A DNA stretch of 64,000 nt from Anaerolineae bacterium (lineage in GTDB: Bacteria > Chloroflexota > Anaerolineae > S140-20), in the NCBI GenBank assembly GCA_027021705.1, contig JALUTT010000073.1, positions 29,535-93,534 of the forward strand. Reading direction: 5' to 3'. The notes below the pieces were generated by a model. It saw nothing but the letters and a program-made list of their open reading frames with translations. It did no database searches and was not told the origin of the DNA. The position numbers and the translations under genes were made by a program. Shown piece after piece: positions 45,723 through 56,652 of the stretch; position 1 is the first letter of the stretch, and the number at the start of each line of letters is the position of its first letter.

Positions 45723-48395
45723 TCACGGGGCTTCCTCCAGCAGCCCGTAGAGACGGTCCAGGGCGGTGCGCAGGACCGGACGCGGCGGCCATTCCATCAG
45801 GGCCTCCTCCAGGGCGACCAGGGCGTCGGGCAGGGCAGTCCGGTCCTGGTCCATCGCAATGGCCTCTTCCAGGAGGGCCAGCCCCTTCGTCTCCTCCCCC
45901 CGCAGGAGCCAGAAGTAGGCCCGGTAGAACTGGTGCGAGGCCTGACGGGGGCTGGTTCCCCACTCGCGCTCCCCGTGCTCGATGGCCCGCTGGTAGGATT
46001 CCAGGGCTTCGTCCTGACGGCCCGCCTTCTCCAGCACGATCCCCCGGTAGGCCCAGGCCCAGCTCCGGTTGGGGATCAGGCGCAGCACCTGCTCCAGACT
46101 CTCCAGCGCTTCGTCGTAGCGCCCCATCAGGGCCAGCACCCGGCCCCGCCCCTCCCAGGGCCAGTAAGAGTCCGGTTCCAGGTGAAGGCGGTGGTCGAAG
46201 GCGTCCAGGGCCTCCTGCAGGCGGCCGGCCATGCGCAGCGCGTTCCCCAACTGGCTCCAGGCCCATCCCCAAGAGGGGGCGAGTTCGGTCACCCGCTGGA
46301 AAGCCTCGGCCGCTTCGGGATACCGCTTCATCGCCGCCAGGGCTTCCCCTTTGCTGGCCCACACCCAGTCGGCGTCCGGCGTCAGGGCCAGCGCCCGGTC
46401 GAAGGCCTCCAGGGCTTCCTGGTAGCGTCGGGCGAAGCGAAGGGTCTCCCCCAGTTGGGCCCAAGCCCAGGCGTACTGGGGCTTGAGCTCCAGGGCGCGG
46501 TGGAGGGCGTCCAACGCTTCGTCGTAGCGTCCCAATTGCTGGAGGGTGCGCCCCAGGTGGGCCCACCCCCAGGCGTAGTCGGGGAGCAGCTCCAGCGCCC
46601 GCTGAAAGGCGTGGCGGGCGTCGGCCGGCCGATCGGCCAGGCGCAGGGTCTCCCCCAGTTGGGCCCAGGCCCAGCCGTACTCCTCGTCCAGGTGGATGGC
46701 CCGCTGGAAGGCGGCGATGGCCTCATCGAAGCGGCGGAGCTGGAGCAGCGCCTGCCCTTTGCTGGCCCAGGCCCAGGCGTAGTCGGGGTCAATCTCCAGG
46801 GCGCGGTCGAAGGCATCCAGCGCCCCCTCGGGGCGTTCGGAGAGCCGGAGCGCCTCCCCCAGGTGGGCCCAGGCCCATTCATAGGCTTCGTCCAGCTCCA
46901 CAGCCCGTCGAAAGGCGGCGATGGCCTCGTCGAAACGGTCCAGCAGGGCCAGGGTCTCCCCCTTGCTGGCCCAGGCCCAGGCGTAGTCGGGCAGCAGTTC
47001 CAACGCCCGGTTGAAGGCGTCCAGGGCCCTCTCGAGATCGCGGCTCAGCCGGAGGGTCTCCCCCAGTTGGGCCCAGGCCCAGCCGTAGTCGGGGGCGATC
47101 TCCAGGGCCCGCTCCAGAGAGGCACGGGCGGCATCGTAGTAACCCATCCGGCGCTGGAGGGCCCCCTGTCGGGCCCAGGCCCAGGCGTAGTCGGGGGCTG
47201 CGGTGACCGCCCGGTCGAAGGCGGAGAGGGCATCCTCGTAGGCTCCCTGGTCTCGGAGCGTCTCGGCCATCCGTCCCCAGGCCCAGGCGTACTCGGGATC
47301 AAGCCGGACGGCCTGCTGGAAGTCGGCGAGGGCCTCATCGTAGCGTTGCATCTGGTGGAAGGCTTCGCCCCGGCTGGCCCAGGCCCAGGCATCCTCGGGG
47401 TCCGCGTCCAGCACCCGGCTGAGGACGTTGACCGCTTCGGGCAGCCGCTCGGCCAGGCGCAGGGCTTCCCCCAGGTGGGCCAGCGCCCACTGGTAGTCGG
47501 GGTCCAGGGCGACGGCCCGCTCCAGAGCGGAGACCGCCTCGTCGTACCGCTCCAGGTCAATCAGCGTCACCCCCAGGTGGGCCCAGGCCCACTCGTAGTC
47601 CGGGTCCAGGGTCACCGCCCGCCGGAAGGCACGGCGTGCTTTCTTCGCCTGTCCGTGGAGGCGGTAGGCCTCGCCCAGGCTGCCCCAGGCCCAGGCGTAT
47701 TGGGGGTCCAGTTCGACGGCCCGCTTCAGGACGGGGATGGCTTCCTCGAAGCGGTTCAACTGGTTGAGGACCTCTCCCAGCCGGCCCAAGGCCCAACTGT
47801 AGTCGGGGTTGAGGGCTACGGCCTGCTCAAAGGCTTCTCGGGCTTCCTCGTAGTTGCGCTGGAGGCGCAGGACCTCGCCCTTGTGGGCCCATGCCCAGGC
47901 GTACTCGGGGTCCAGGGCCAGGGCCCGATCGAAGGCGGCCAGAGCCTCTTCGGGCTGTCCCGACCGGGCGTGGGTCTCCCCCAAGCTGCCCCAGACCCAC
48001 GCGATGTCGGGCTGCAGGTCAATGGCCTGGTACAGGTCGGCCAGGGCGTGTTCCAGGTGGTTTAGGAGGAGGTAGGTCTCGCCCCGGTGGGCCAGGGCCC
48101 AGGCATAGTCGGGCATCAGGGCCAGGGCCCGGTTGAAGGCGATGAGGGCATCCTCAAGGCGACCCAGGGCCAGCAGGGCCTCGCCCTTGTGGGCCCAGGC
48201 CCAGGCCGACCCTGGTACCAAGGCGATGAGTTCTTCGAAAGTGGACAGGGCGTCTTCCAGGCGTCCCTCTTCTCGCAGCCGGTGTCCCTCTTGGGCCAGA
48301 TAGGCGGCGGTCTCCGGCAGCGGGCCTGCTGACGGCTCCCAACCCGCAGCTTCATCCTCTACGATCCGTCCCTGGTGAGAAGGTTTCTCCGCCAT
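45723..48395 (-). CDS. TPR-repeat protein (about 25 tandem tetratricopeptide repeats)
   Basis: 890 aa of 34-aa repeats with consensus AWAWahkGEaLrllgRyeEAlaafdRAlaLdPdy. Confidence 0.85.
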   Translation of the reverse strand: MAEKPSHQGRIVEDEAAGWEPSAGPLPETAAYLAQEGHRLREEGRLEDALSTFEELIALVPGSAWAWAHKGEALLALGRLEDALIAFNRALALMPDYAWALAHRGETYLLLNHLEHALADLYQAIDLQPDIAWVWGSLGETHARSGQPEEALAAFDRALALDPEYAWAWAHKGEVLRLQRNYEEAREAFEQAVALNPDYSWALGRLGEVLNQLNRFEEAIPVLKRAVELDPQYAWAWGSLGEAYRLHGQAKKARRAFRRAVTLDPDYEWAWAHLGVTLIDLERYDEAVSALERAVALDPDYQWALAHLGEALRLAERLPEAVNVLSRVLDADPEDAWAWASRGEAFHQMQRYDEALADFQQAVRLDPEYAWAWGRMAETLRDQGAYEDALSAFDRAVTAAPDYAWAWARQGALQRRMGYYDAARASLERALEIAPDYGWAWAQLGETLRLSRDLERALDAFNRALELLPDYAWAWASKGETLALLDRFDEAIAAFRRAVELDEAYEWAWAHLGEALRLSERPEGALDAFDRALEIDPDYAWAWASKGQALLQLRRFDEAIAAFQRAIHLDEEYGWAWAQLGETLRLADRPADARHAFQRALELLPDYAWGWAHLGRTLQQLGRYDEALDALHRALELKPQYAWAWAQLGETLRFARRYQEALEAFDRALALTPDADWVWASKGEALAAMKRYPEAAEAFQRVTELAPSWGWAWSQLGNALRMAGRLQEALDAFDHRLHLEPDSYWPWEGRGRVLALMGRYDEALESLEQVLRLIPNRSWAWAYRGIVLEKAGRQDEALESYQRAIEHGEREWGTSPRQASHQFYRAYFWLLRGEETKGLALLEEAIAMDQDRTALPDALVALEEALMEWPPRPVLRTALDRLYGLLEEAP

Positions 48396-48479
48396 TCGCT
48401 TCCACCGCTCCTATCGTCTGACCAAACAACGACTTTCTGAACGGGAAGTGTACCACAAGTTGCACGGTAACCCAAGGCC

Positions 48480-48615
48480 TTTCAGGGCTCCATCCCTCGC
48501 AGTGACCCTCCCGCAGGTGCCCCCCGCAGCCTGAAGCGGTCGTAGGCAGCCTCCGATAAGCCTTGCTATCGCCGGGCACCGCGGGACCTGCGGGAGGGTG
48601 ATGTTGAGGCCCTGG
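48480..48615. repeat. Palindromic repeat family B, copy B3, flanked by a 13-bp direct repeat
   Basis: Stems GACCCTCCCGCAGGTG / ACCTGCGGGAGGGTGA with a ~60-nt divergent loop. Outer TIR-like CAGGGCTC / GAGGCCCTG. Flanking direct repeats CGGTAACCCAAGG at 48465-48477 and 48617-48629, consistent with a target-site duplication. Confidence 0.6.
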
Positions 48616-48640
48616 CGGTAACCCAAGGACCCTGGCCGCT

Positions 48641-49255
48641 TCATTCCCCTTCGCTGATTTCCCCTCCTATCCCTTCGCCGATCGCCTCCAGCAGGGCCGT
48701 CAAGGTGGGGTAATCGTCCCGCAGCAGCGTGGTCAATTCGGTGATCACCTGCATCCGCCAGGTGGGGCCGGCATCTGCCCAAGCTGCCTCGGCTTGGCGC
48801 AGGTGGGCGGCCAGCAACTGAGGGAGGGGGAGGTCCCGGGCGGTCAGGAGCAGCCGCAGGTAGCCCACCTCTTGGGTGAAGGTCCGCACCTCTTCGGGGT
48901 TGCAGAGGAGGACCTGGTCCAGACTCAGAGGGGGACGTGGGGGCAGGAGATGGTGGACCCGTCCGCGCTCGTCCCGGTAGCCGACGGTGACGATTTCCAT
49001 TTCGATGGGGACACGCCGGTTGCGCCGCTGATCTTCGATGACCTCGGGGGAGACGTCCTGGGCAACCACGAGCTGGCGCACCAGCGGGTCATCCTCGATG
49101 TGGATGTCGGCGATGAGGCCGTAGACTTGGTAGCCCCCGTCGCGAGGAATGGCTTTGACCAGCGCGCCCAAGGCCGGCCCGGCCAGCTCGGTGACCCGAC
49201 AGCCAACGGCGAAGGCAGTTGTGCTGGCCCGCAGGATTCGTCCGATCACGTCCAC
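48641..49255 (-). CDS. Hypothetical protein (204 aa)
   Basis: Clean ORF with good coding periodicity. No motif recognised. Confidence 0.5.
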   Translation of the reverse strand: MDVIGRILRASTTAFAVGCRVTELAGPALGALVKAIPRDGGYQVYGLIADIHIEDDPLVRQLVVAQDVSPEVIEDQRRNRRVPIEMEIVTVGYRDERGRVHHLLPPRPPLSLDQVLLCNPEEVRTFTQEVGYLRLLLTARDLPLPQLLAAHLRQAEAAWADAGPTWRMQVITELTTLLRDDYPTLTALLEAIGEGIGGEISEGE

Positions 49256-49505
49256 GAGCCCCTCCCCCTTCCTGCCGAAAGCAGGAGAACCTGATCTTCC
49301 CCAACAGATGCTCCGGTTCAGATTATACCCTACACTCCCGCTCTTGCCCAGCCCCCCTTGCCTTTCCCTGTTATCTGTGTTAAACTACCGGGCGCTCTGA
49401 GAACCCGTTGATCCGACCTCTGAAGTCTCGAAAGGGTCCTGTCGGCGGCGAAAGGGATGGTTCTTGGCTCACCCCTTGAAGCCTTCAGAGGTCCAGAAGG
49501 ACGCG

Positions 49506-50249
49506 ATGGTCGAGGGAATGGCATTGGGCAGACGAACGCTCCCTGTGGGGATACTCCTGCTGGTCCTGATCACGGTTGGGCTCCCCGTCCACGCCAGCCC
49601 GCTCCTCCAGGCCGGCGGCGTGGCAGAGATCACCTCCCCCAAGAATGGGGAACGGCTGAGCGGCGTGGTCCAGATCATCGGCACCGCCACCCATCCTCAG
49701 TTCCAGCGCTACGAACTCCACTTCGGCCCGGTGCCCAACAACACCGATCAGTGGTACGGCATCGGTGACCCGGTGCCCACCCAGGTCGAAAACGGCTTAC
49801 TGGCCGTGTGGGACACCACCTACATCCCTGACGGCACCTACGCCATCCGGCTGAGGGTGGTGCGCCAAGACGGCAACTACACCGAGAAGATCGTCCAGGT
49901 GGTGATCGTCAACAGCGAGCCGACGCCGACGCCGACGCCGGCCGAGCCGACGGCGACGCCCCTGCCCACGGCGGTGGCGGCCACCCCCACGCCGGTGCCC
50001 ATCGAACTGCCGCCGACGGAGACCCCCCGCCCCTCGCCGACGCCAGGCGGTCCCCCCACCCTCACCCCCACGCCTTCCGCCTCGGTCCTGGCTGCCGTCA
50101 ACTTCCGGGGCTGGCGGGATGCCTTCTGCAATGGCGCCCTGCTGACGGTGCTGCTCTTCGCGGTCTGGGGCATTCTCCTCTTCTTGCGGGAGGCGATCCG
50201 CTTCCTCCTGCGCCGGGGGCGCGAAGACCAACTCCTCCCCCCACCCTGA
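49506..50249 (+). CDS. Exported protein with Pro/Thr-rich linker and C-terminal TM anchor
   Basis: Signal/TM MALGRRTLPVGILLLVLITVGLPVHA, globular ~120 aa, (PTPTPTPAEPTATPLPT...) linker, C-terminal TM ALLTVLLFAVWGILLFL. The exact start is uncertain (49464, 49506 or 49518). Confidence 0.6.
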   Translation: MVEGMALGRRTLPVGILLLVLITVGLPVHASPLLQAGGVAEITSPKNGERLSGVVQIIGTATHPQFQRYELHFGPVPNNTDQWYGIGDPVPTQVENGLLAVWDTTYIPDGTYAIRLRVVRQDGNYTEKIVQVVIVNSEPTPTPTPAEPTATPLPTAVAATPTPVPIELPPTETPRPSPTPGGPPTLTPTPSASVLAAVNFRGWRDAFCNGALLTVLLFAVWGILLFLREAIRFLLRRGREDQLLPPP

Positions 50250-50310
50250 TCCCGCCTCGGTGGTTGCCCACCGGGAGGCCATTTACCCAATTGCCCTACT
50301 TCCTGTGGCT

Positions 50311-50339
50311 TTGGCTCTTCTCCCCATCCGAAGTATAAT
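50311..50339 (+). promoter_or_regulatory. Sigma70-like promoter candidate (TTGGCT - 17 nt - TATAAT)
   Basis: Perfect -10 TATAAT at 50334-50339 and -35 TTGGCT at 50311-50316, in the AT-richer leader of the low-GC gene at 50420. Confidence 0.4.
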
Positions 50340-50419
50340 CCCTGTATCGGAGCCTGGTGCTTCGTCAAACGGATTCAGAATCCCCTTGATGGACTGACCA
50401 TACCTGGAGGGGCCGGTCC

Positions 50420-50959
50420 GTGGTGACGCCTGTTGAGTTGATTCCCTATCGAACGACCAGCGACGACTACAGGCTGACCGAGGATCTCAAATCCCGCTTC
50501 GCACGCCTACGCCTGCAACGTCGCCCTTTGTATCTGACCTGTGATGAGTTCGACCAGATTTTGAAGTGGAAACTGGGAAGGCAGTATGGTAGACAGCGGG
50601 AAAGGCGCAAAGCCAACACAGAAGAGGTGATACGTACAGTTACAAGCGCCGCGTTTGCCATCGAGCATCCCGATGAAGAGTACGAATTGGAACTACGGAT
50701 GAGCATTCTTTGCTCGTTGCGTGGGGTAGGCGTACCTGTCGCTTCTGCCGTTCTGGCGCTAGTCTTTCCCGAAAAATATGCGGTGATTGACTTCCGAGGA
50801 TGGAGACAGGTGTTTGGCGAAGAAAAGAGGATCTTCTCCATCCCGGATTACAAACGGTATCTTCGCGAAGTGCGGCGACTGGCCGATGAGCTGGGATGGC
50901 CTGTTCAGGAAGTTGATCTGGCGATCTGGGAGTATGACCGAGCAAATTCAAAAAGGTGA
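50420..50959 (+). CDS. HhH-motif protein, probable archaeal-type 8-oxoguanine DNA glycosylase (Ogg2-like)
   Basis: Gene with markedly lower GC. HhH-like LRGVGVPVASAVLALVFPEKYAVID with the Asp directly after the hairpin. C-terminal DYKRYLREVRRLADELGWPVQEVDLAIWEY resembles the Ogg2 family tail. The assignment is from recalled family features, not a search. Confidence 0.5.
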   Translation: MVTPVELIPYRTTSDDYRLTEDLKSRFARLRLQRRPLYLTCDEFDQILKWKLGRQYGRQRERRKANTEEVIRTVTSAAFAIEHPDEEYELELRMSILCSLRGVGVPVASAVLALVFPEKYAVIDFRGWRQVFGEEKRIFSIPDYKRYLREVRRLADELGWPVQEVDLAIWEYDRANSKR

Positions 50960-50991
50960 ATTTCTAGGATGTTCGAGGTAAGGCCTAAGAG

Positions 50992-51582
50992 GTGATCGCG
51001 CACGAGCCTTGCTGGCTTATCGTCGGGCTGGGGAATCCCGGTCGTCGGTACGCCCGCCACCGCCACAACATCGGCTTCCGCTGCCTGGACCGGCTGGCCG
51101 CCCGCCACGGCCTGGTCTTCGACCGGGTGCAGAACCGGGCGTTGCTGGCCACAGGCCGCATCGCTGACCGGGCCGTTGTCCTGGCCAAGCCCCAGACCTT
51201 TATGAACGAGAGCGGGCGGGCCGTTGCCCCCCTGGTCCGTGCCTACCACGTGCCGCTGGAGCGTCTGCTGGTCGTCTACGACGACCTGGACCTGCCCCCG
51301 GGCACCATCCGCCTCCGGCCCGAGGGGGGAAGTGGTGGCCACCGGGGGATGCGCTCCGTCATCGAGGCCCTGGGGTCCCAGGACTTCCCCCGCCTGCGGG
51401 TGGGGATCGGGCGGCCACCGGGCCGAATGGACCCGGCCGACTATGTGCTCCAGGACCTCTCGCCGGAGGAAGAGGAACGCTTCGACCGGGTCTGCGAGCG
51501 GGTGGCCGAGGCCATCCACTGCTGGCTGACAGAAGGGATCGTGTTGGCGATGAGCCGGTACAACGGGCCGGCCATCCAATGA
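50992..51582 (+). CDS. pth: Peptidyl-tRNA hydrolase
   Basis: WLIVGLGNPGRRYARHRHNIGF, GHRGMRSV, full-length Pth. Confidence 0.9.
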   Translation: MIAHEPCWLIVGLGNPGRRYARHRHNIGFRCLDRLAARHGLVFDRVQNRALLATGRIADRAVVLAKPQTFMNESGRAVAPLVRAYHVPLERLLVVYDDLDLPPGTIRLRPEGGSGGHRGMRSVIEALGSQDFPRLRVGIGRPPGRMDPADYVLQDLSPEEEERFDRVCERVAEAIHCWLTEGIVLAMSRYNGPAIQ

Positions 51583-51609
51583 TTCTGAGATGCCTAGGAG
51601 GAAAGAGAA

Positions 51610-51834
51610 ATGAACCGGGAGAAGGTTAAGGAAGCTCGATTGCTTGGCCGTTATCTTATCGCTGACCCAAGGGTCTGTCACGGTCAGCCAACTTTTCGTG
51701 GCACGCGCGTCTTGGTGTCGGACGTGCTCGAACAGGTTGCCAATGGAATGGCCTGGGAGGCCATCATTGAGGAATGGAATGGTAGCATCACCGAAGAGGC
51801 CATTGCCGAAGCTGTCCAATTGGCCATTGTATGA
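51610..51834 (+). CDS. DUF433-domain protein (putative antitoxin-like HTH; orphan)
   Basis: CHGQPTFRGTRVLVSDVLEQVANGMAWEAI is the DUF433 signature. Its stop TGA overlaps the mfd ATG (ATGA). Confidence 0.7.
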   Translation: MNREKVKEARLLGRYLIADPRVCHGQPTFRGTRVLVSDVLEQVANGMAWEAIIEEWNGSITEEAIAEAVQLAIV

Positions 51835-54800
51835 ACCTCTCGCCTCTGCTTGCTTTGATCGCCCAAGCGCCGGGCTATGCGGAACTGAAGAGCACGTTGC
51901 AGTCGGAGAAGGAGTCGGCACTCCGGCGCGGCCGGCCCCTGGGCCTGCTTCGGGCAGCCCGACCGGCGCTGCTGGCGGCCCTGGCCCAGGACCTCTCCCG
52001 TCCCCTCCTCGTCGTCGTCGCCACCGCCGAACGCTCCCGCGCCCTGACCGAGAGCCTCCGGGCTTGGATGGCCGATCCGACCCGCCTCCACCGCTTCCCG
52101 GAGCCCAACGCCCTCTTCTACGAACGCGCCCCCTGGACCCAGGAGGTGGTCGTCGGCCGGCTCCAGACCCTCGCCGCCCTGCTGGAGCCCGGAGACCGCC
52201 CGCCCATCGTCGTCACCTCCGTCCGCGCCCTGATGCAGGTCACCCTGCCCCCGCGCCAGTTCCGGCTGGGCACCCGGACCCTGCGCCAGGGCCAACTCAC
52301 CTCGATGGAGAAGCTGGTGGCCGCCTGGCTGGGGCTGGGCTACCGGCCGGCCACCGTCGTCGAAGTGCCGGGCCAGTTCAGCCGCCGAGGCGGCATCCTG
52401 GACGTCTACCCACCTACCGACGAAGGACCGGTGCGCATCGAGTTCTTCGGCGACGAGGTTGAGAGCCTGCGTCGCTTCGACCCGGCCACCCAGCGCTCCC
52501 GAGAGCGGCTGGAGCGGATCACCATCCCGCCGGCCAGCGAAGCCCTTCCCCGCCTCGGCCCCGCCATCGCTCCGAAGCTGACCCCTTGGGACCTCTCCCG
52601 GCTTCCCAAGGACGAGGCGGAGCCGCTGCGCCGTGACCGTCAGCGGCTGGCGGAGGGCAGCTTCTTCCCGGAGCTTCCCTTCTACCTGCCCTACCTCTAC
52701 GCCCCCACCCCCTCCTGGCTGCTGGACTACCTGCCCCCGGAGGGGCTCATCGTCGTCGAAGAGCCGGAGGCGCTGCGTGACGCTTGGGCCGACCTGGAGC
52801 AGCAGGCCCACCGCCTGCGGGAGGAGGCCACCCGGCAGGGCCGGCTCCCCCCCGGCTATCCGCCCCCCTACCTCCCTTGGGAGCGATGGCAAGAGGCCCT
52901 GACCCGCCGTCCCTGGTTGAACCTGGGCTACGGGGAAGAGGAGGAAACCCATCCCCATCCGCTCTCCAACGCCTTCATCCCCGGCCCCCGCTTCGGCGGC
53001 CAGATCAAGCCCCTGCTGGGCCACCTGCGGAGTGCCCAGGCCGTCGGGGAGCCGGTCATCCTGATCAGCCGCCAGGCCCCTCGGCTGGCCGAACTGTGGA
53101 CCCAAGAGACGGGCCAGGACGCGCCGCTCCAGGACGCGCTCCCCATCGCCGACGGCCTGCTCCCCCCGCTCACCTTCGTTCAGGGTGTTCTGGAGGAAGG
53201 GTGGAGCTTGCGCACGGAGAGGAGGGGAGGAGCCCCGGCCCGGACGATCCACCTCTTCACCGACGCCGAGCTTTTCGGATGGCGTCGGCCGGCCCCCCGT
53301 CGGCGTCCCCGCCCCCGCCCCATCGCCCCCGAATCCCCCTTCACCGACCTGGAGCCGGGCGACTACGTCGTCCACATCGAGCACGGCATCGGCATCTTCC
53401 GGGGCCTGACGACGCTGCACAGCAACGGCAGCGAGCGGGAGTACCTGGTCATCCAGTACGCCGGCGAAGACCGGCTCTACGTCCCCATCCACCAGGCCGA
53501 CCGGGTCAGCCGCTACATCGGGACGGAGGACCGTCCGCCCCGCCTCCACCGGCTGGGGACCGCCGAGTGGGACCGGGTGAAGCGGCAGGCGAAGCAGGCC
53601 GTCGAGCAGGTGGCCCGGGAGTTGCTGGAGCTCTACGCCGCCCGCGAACTGGTCCCCGGCCACGCCTTCTCCCCCGACACCGACTGGCAGCACGAACTGG
53701 AGGCCGCTTTCCCCTACATCGAGACGGAGGATCAGATCCAGGCCATCGAGGCGGTGAAGCGGGATATGGAACGGCCCCGCCCGATGGACCGGCTCATCTG
53801 CGGCGACGCAGGGTACGGCAAGACGGAGGTGGCCCTGCGGGCCGCCTTCAAGGCGGTGATGGACGGCAAGCAGGTCGCCTTCCTGGTGCCCACCACCGTC
53901 CTGGCCCAGCAGCACTACAACACCTTCCGCGAGCGGCTGGCCCCCTTCCCCGTCGAGGTCGAGATGCTCTCCCGCTTCCGCTCCCCCCGCGAGCAGCGGG
54001 AGATCCTGGAGCGGCTGGAGGCCGGCCAGGTGGACATCGTCATCGGCACCCACCGGCTCCTCAGCCCCGACGTCCGCTTCAAGGACCTGGGCCTGCTCAT
54101 CATTGACGAGGAACAGCGCTTCGGCGTGACCCACAAAGAGCGGCTGAAGCGGATGCGGACCCAGGTGGACGTGCTGACGATGACGGCGACCCCCATCCCC
54201 CGCACCCTCTACATGGCCCTCACCGGCGTGCGGGAGATCAGCACCATCGAGACGCCGCCGGAGGAGCGGCTGCCGGTGACCATCCACGTGGGGGAGTACG
54301 ACCCCAACGTCGTGCGCCACGCCATCCTGCGGGAACTGGAGCGCGGGGGGCAGGTCTTCTACGTCCACAACCGGGTCCAGACCATCGCCACGGTGAAGCG
54401 GCGGCTGGAGCGGCTGGTGCCGGAGGCCCGGATCGCCATCGCCCACGGCCAGATGCGGGAGGCGGACCTGGAGCGGGTGATGCTCCGTTTCGTGGATGGC
54501 GAGGTGGACCTGCTCCTGACGACGACCATCATCGAGAGTGGGCTGGACATCCCCAACGCCAACACCATCATCGTCGAGGACGCCGATCGCTTCGGGCTGG
54601 CGCAACTCTACCAGCTTCGGGGCCGGGTGGGGCGCGGCGCGATGCGGGCCTACGCCTACTTCTTCTACCGTCGGGGGCGGATGACGGAAGAGGCCCGACA
54701 GCGGCTGGAAACGATCCGGGAGACCGGGGGGAGGCTGGGGGCCGGCTTCAACATCGCCATGCGCGACCTGGAGATCCGGGGCGCGGGGGAGCTGTTGGGC

Positions 54801-55388
54801 GTCCGGCAGCACGGCCACATCGCCGCCGTGGGCTTCGACCTCTACACCCGGCTGCTGGCCCAGGCGGTCCAGGAACTGAAGGCCCGACGGGGGGAGACGC
54901 TCCGAGAGCGGGAACGGGGGATGCCCACGTTGCCCCCGTTGGTGACCATAGACCTGCCCCTGCCGGCCTACATCCCCGAGGCCTACGTGTCCGACCAGAC
55001 GCTGCGGCTCCGCCTCTACCGGCGGCTGGCCCAGGTCGCCCGGCTGGAGGAGGTGGAGGCGATGGCCGAGGAACTGGCCGACCGCTTCGGCCCCCGGCCC
55101 CAGGAGGTGGAGAACCTGCTCTTCCAACTGCGGATCAAAGTGCTGGCCGGACGGGCCGGCGTGCGGGCCATCCGGCTGGAGGCGGGCAAGCTGGCCGTCT
55201 ACTGCGACCGGCTGGCGGAGGTGAACCGGCCGGGGCTGCAACGACGGCTGGGCCACGGCATCCGGGTGGGTCGGCGGGCCATCTGGATCCCCTGGCTCTC
55301 CCGAGAGCGGGCCTGGGCCGGGAAATCGGCGATCTCCTGGCAGGAACTGCTGGTGCGGGTGCTGGAGACGCTGGCGACGGAGCGGTGA
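51831..55388 (+). CDS. mfd: Transcription-repair coupling factor
   Basis: 1185 aa: UvrB-homology N-terminal domain, RNAP-interaction domain, DEAD/DEAH helicase motifs ([48 protein letters not shown]), TRCF C-terminal domain. Confidence 0.95.
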   Translation: MNLSPLLALIAQAPGYAELKSTLQSEKESALRRGRPLGLLRAARPALLAALAQDLSRPLLVVVATAERSRALTESLRAWMADPTRLHRFPEPNALFYERAPWTQEVVVGRLQTLAALLEPGDRPPIVVTSVRALMQVTLPPRQFRLGTRTLRQGQLTSMEKLVAAWLGLGYRPATVVEVPGQFSRRGGILDVYPPTDEGPVRIEFFGDEVESLRRFDPATQRSRERLERITIPPASEALPRLGPAIAPKLTPWDLSRLPKDEAEPLRRDRQRLAEGSFFPELPFYLPYLYAPTPSWLLDYLPPEGLIVVEEPEALRDAWADLEQQAHRLREEATRQGRLPPGYPPPYLPWERWQEALTRRPWLNLGYGEEEETHPHPLSNAFIPGPRFGGQIKPLLGHLRSAQAVGEPVILISRQAPRLAELWTQETGQDAPLQDALPIADGLLPPLTFVQGVLEEGWSLRTERRGGAPARTIHLFTDAELFGWRRPAPRRRPRPRPIAPESPFTDLEPGDYVVHIEHGIGIFRGLTTLHSNGSEREYLVIQYAGEDRLYVPIHQADRVSRYIGTEDRPPRLHRLGTAEWDRVKRQAKQAVEQVARELLELYAARELVPGHAFSPDTDWQHELEAAFPYIETEDQIQAIEAVKRDMERPRPMDRLICGDAGYGKTEVALRAAFKAVMDGKQVAFLVPTTVLAQQHYNTFRERLAPFPVEVEMLSRFRSPREQREILERLEAGQVDIVIGTHRLLSPDVRFKDLGLLIIDEEQRFGVTHKERLKRMRTQVDVLTMTATPIPRTLYMALTGVREISTIETPPEERLPVTIHVGEYDPNVVRHAILRELERGGQVFYVHNRVQTIATVKRRLERLVPEARIAIAHGQMREADLERVMLRFVDGEVDLLLTTTIIESGLDIPNANTIIVEDADRFGLAQLYQLRGRVGRGAMRAYAYFFYRRGRMTEEARQRLETIRETGGRLGAGFNIAMRDLEIRGAGELLGVRQHGHIAAVGFDLYTRLLAQAVQELKARRGETLRERERGMPTLPPLVTIDLPLPAYIPEAYVSDQTLRLRLYRRLAQVARLEEVEAMAEELADRFGPRPQEVENLLFQLRIKVLAGRAGVRAIRLEAGKLAVYCDRLAEVNRPGLQRRLGHGIRVGRRAIWIPWLSRERAWAGKSAISWQELLVRVLETLATER

Positions 55389-55391
55389 GCG

Positions 55392-56492
55392 GTGCGCATC
55401 GGCATAGACGCTCGGCTGCTGGCCTACCGGATGGGGGGGATCAGCCGCTACACCTGGCACCTGATCCAGGGCTTCGCGGCGATGGCGACGCCCCATCAGT
55501 TCGTCGTCCTCCAGAGCCGGAAGCAGCGCTCTTCCCTGGTCGAAGCGCCCCAGGTGCAGACCGTCTCCCTCTGGACCCCTCCCCACCACCGCTGGGAGGG
55601 ATGGGCCCTCTCCCTGGAGCTCTGGCCCCGCCGTCTGCACCTCCTCCACAGCCCCGACTTCATCCCCCCCCGTTACGGCTCCTTCCGGCGGGTCATCACC
55701 GTCCACGACCTGAACTTTCTCTACTACCCCGAGTTCCTCACCGCCGAGAGCGCCCGCTACTACGGCCAGATTGACCGGGCCGTCCGGCAGGCGGACCACA
55801 TCCTGGCCGACTCCCACGCCACCCGGCGGGACCTGATCGAGCGGCTGGGGGTGCCGCCGGAGAAGGTGACGGTCGTCCACCTGGCCGCCGACCCCCGCTG
55901 CCGACCGCTGGCGCCGGCCCAAGCGCGGGCGGTGGCCGACCGCTACGGGCTGCCGGAGCCCTTTCTGCTCTTCGTGGGGACGCTGGAGCCCCGCAAGAAC
56001 GTGCCCACGCTGCTGGAGGCGATCCACCGGCTGCGACAGACCGGCCTGGAGGTGCCCCTGGTCCTGGTGGGCCGGCGGGGCTGGCTCTACGATGAGATCT
56101 TCGCCCGGCTGCAGGCCCTGGGGCTGGAGGGGCAGGTCCGCTTCCTGGAGGGGGTCTCCGACGAGGACCTGGTGGGGCTCTACAACGCGGCCCGCTGTCT
56201 GGTGCTTCCCTCCTTCTACGAGGGGTTCGGGTTGCCGGCCCTGGAGGCGATGGCTTGCGGCACGCCCGTCGTCGTCTCCGACCGGGCCTCGCTGCCCGAG
56301 GTCGTGGGGGAGGCGGGGCTGCTGGTGGACCCGACCTCCCCGGAGGCGCTGGCCGAGGCCATCGGGCGGGTGTGGGAGGACGAGGCGTTGCGCCGGCGGA
56401 TGCGTCGGCAGGGGCTGGCCCAGGCGGCCCGCTTCTCCTGGGAGCGGGTGGTGCGGGAGACGTTGGCCGTCTACGAGGATGTGGGGCGGTAG
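55392..56492 (+). CDS. Glycosyltransferase family 4
   Basis: GTG start 3 nt after the mfd stop. GT4 C-terminal motif RCLVLPSFYEGFGLPALEAMACGTPVVVSD. Confidence 0.8.
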   Translation: MRIGIDARLLAYRMGGISRYTWHLIQGFAAMATPHQFVVLQSRKQRSSLVEAPQVQTVSLWTPPHHRWEGWALSLELWPRRLHLLHSPDFIPPRYGSFRRVITVHDLNFLYYPEFLTAESARYYGQIDRAVRQADHILADSHATRRDLIERLGVPPEKVTVVHLAADPRCRPLAPAQARAVADRYGLPEPFLLFVGTLEPRKNVPTLLEAIHRLRQTGLEVPLVLVGRRGWLYDEIFARLQALGLEGQVRFLEGVSDEDLVGLYNAARCLVLPSFYEGFGLPALEAMACGTPVVVSDRASLPEVVGEAGLLVDPTSPEALAEAIGRVWEDEALRRRMRRQGLAQAARFSWERVVRETLAVYEDVGR

Positions 56493-56652
56493 AGGGCAGC
56501 CACCGATGCCCCCTCCGGTGGTCTCCCCATAGACGTTGTCCGCCGGGCCCTCCTGGCCCCTTCACCTTGGTGTGAGGAAATCCACGTCTCGTCCGTGAAT
56601 CCATCCATAGACAAACCCGCCCTGGCGTGGTACTCTGGGTCCGAGCGCGGAG

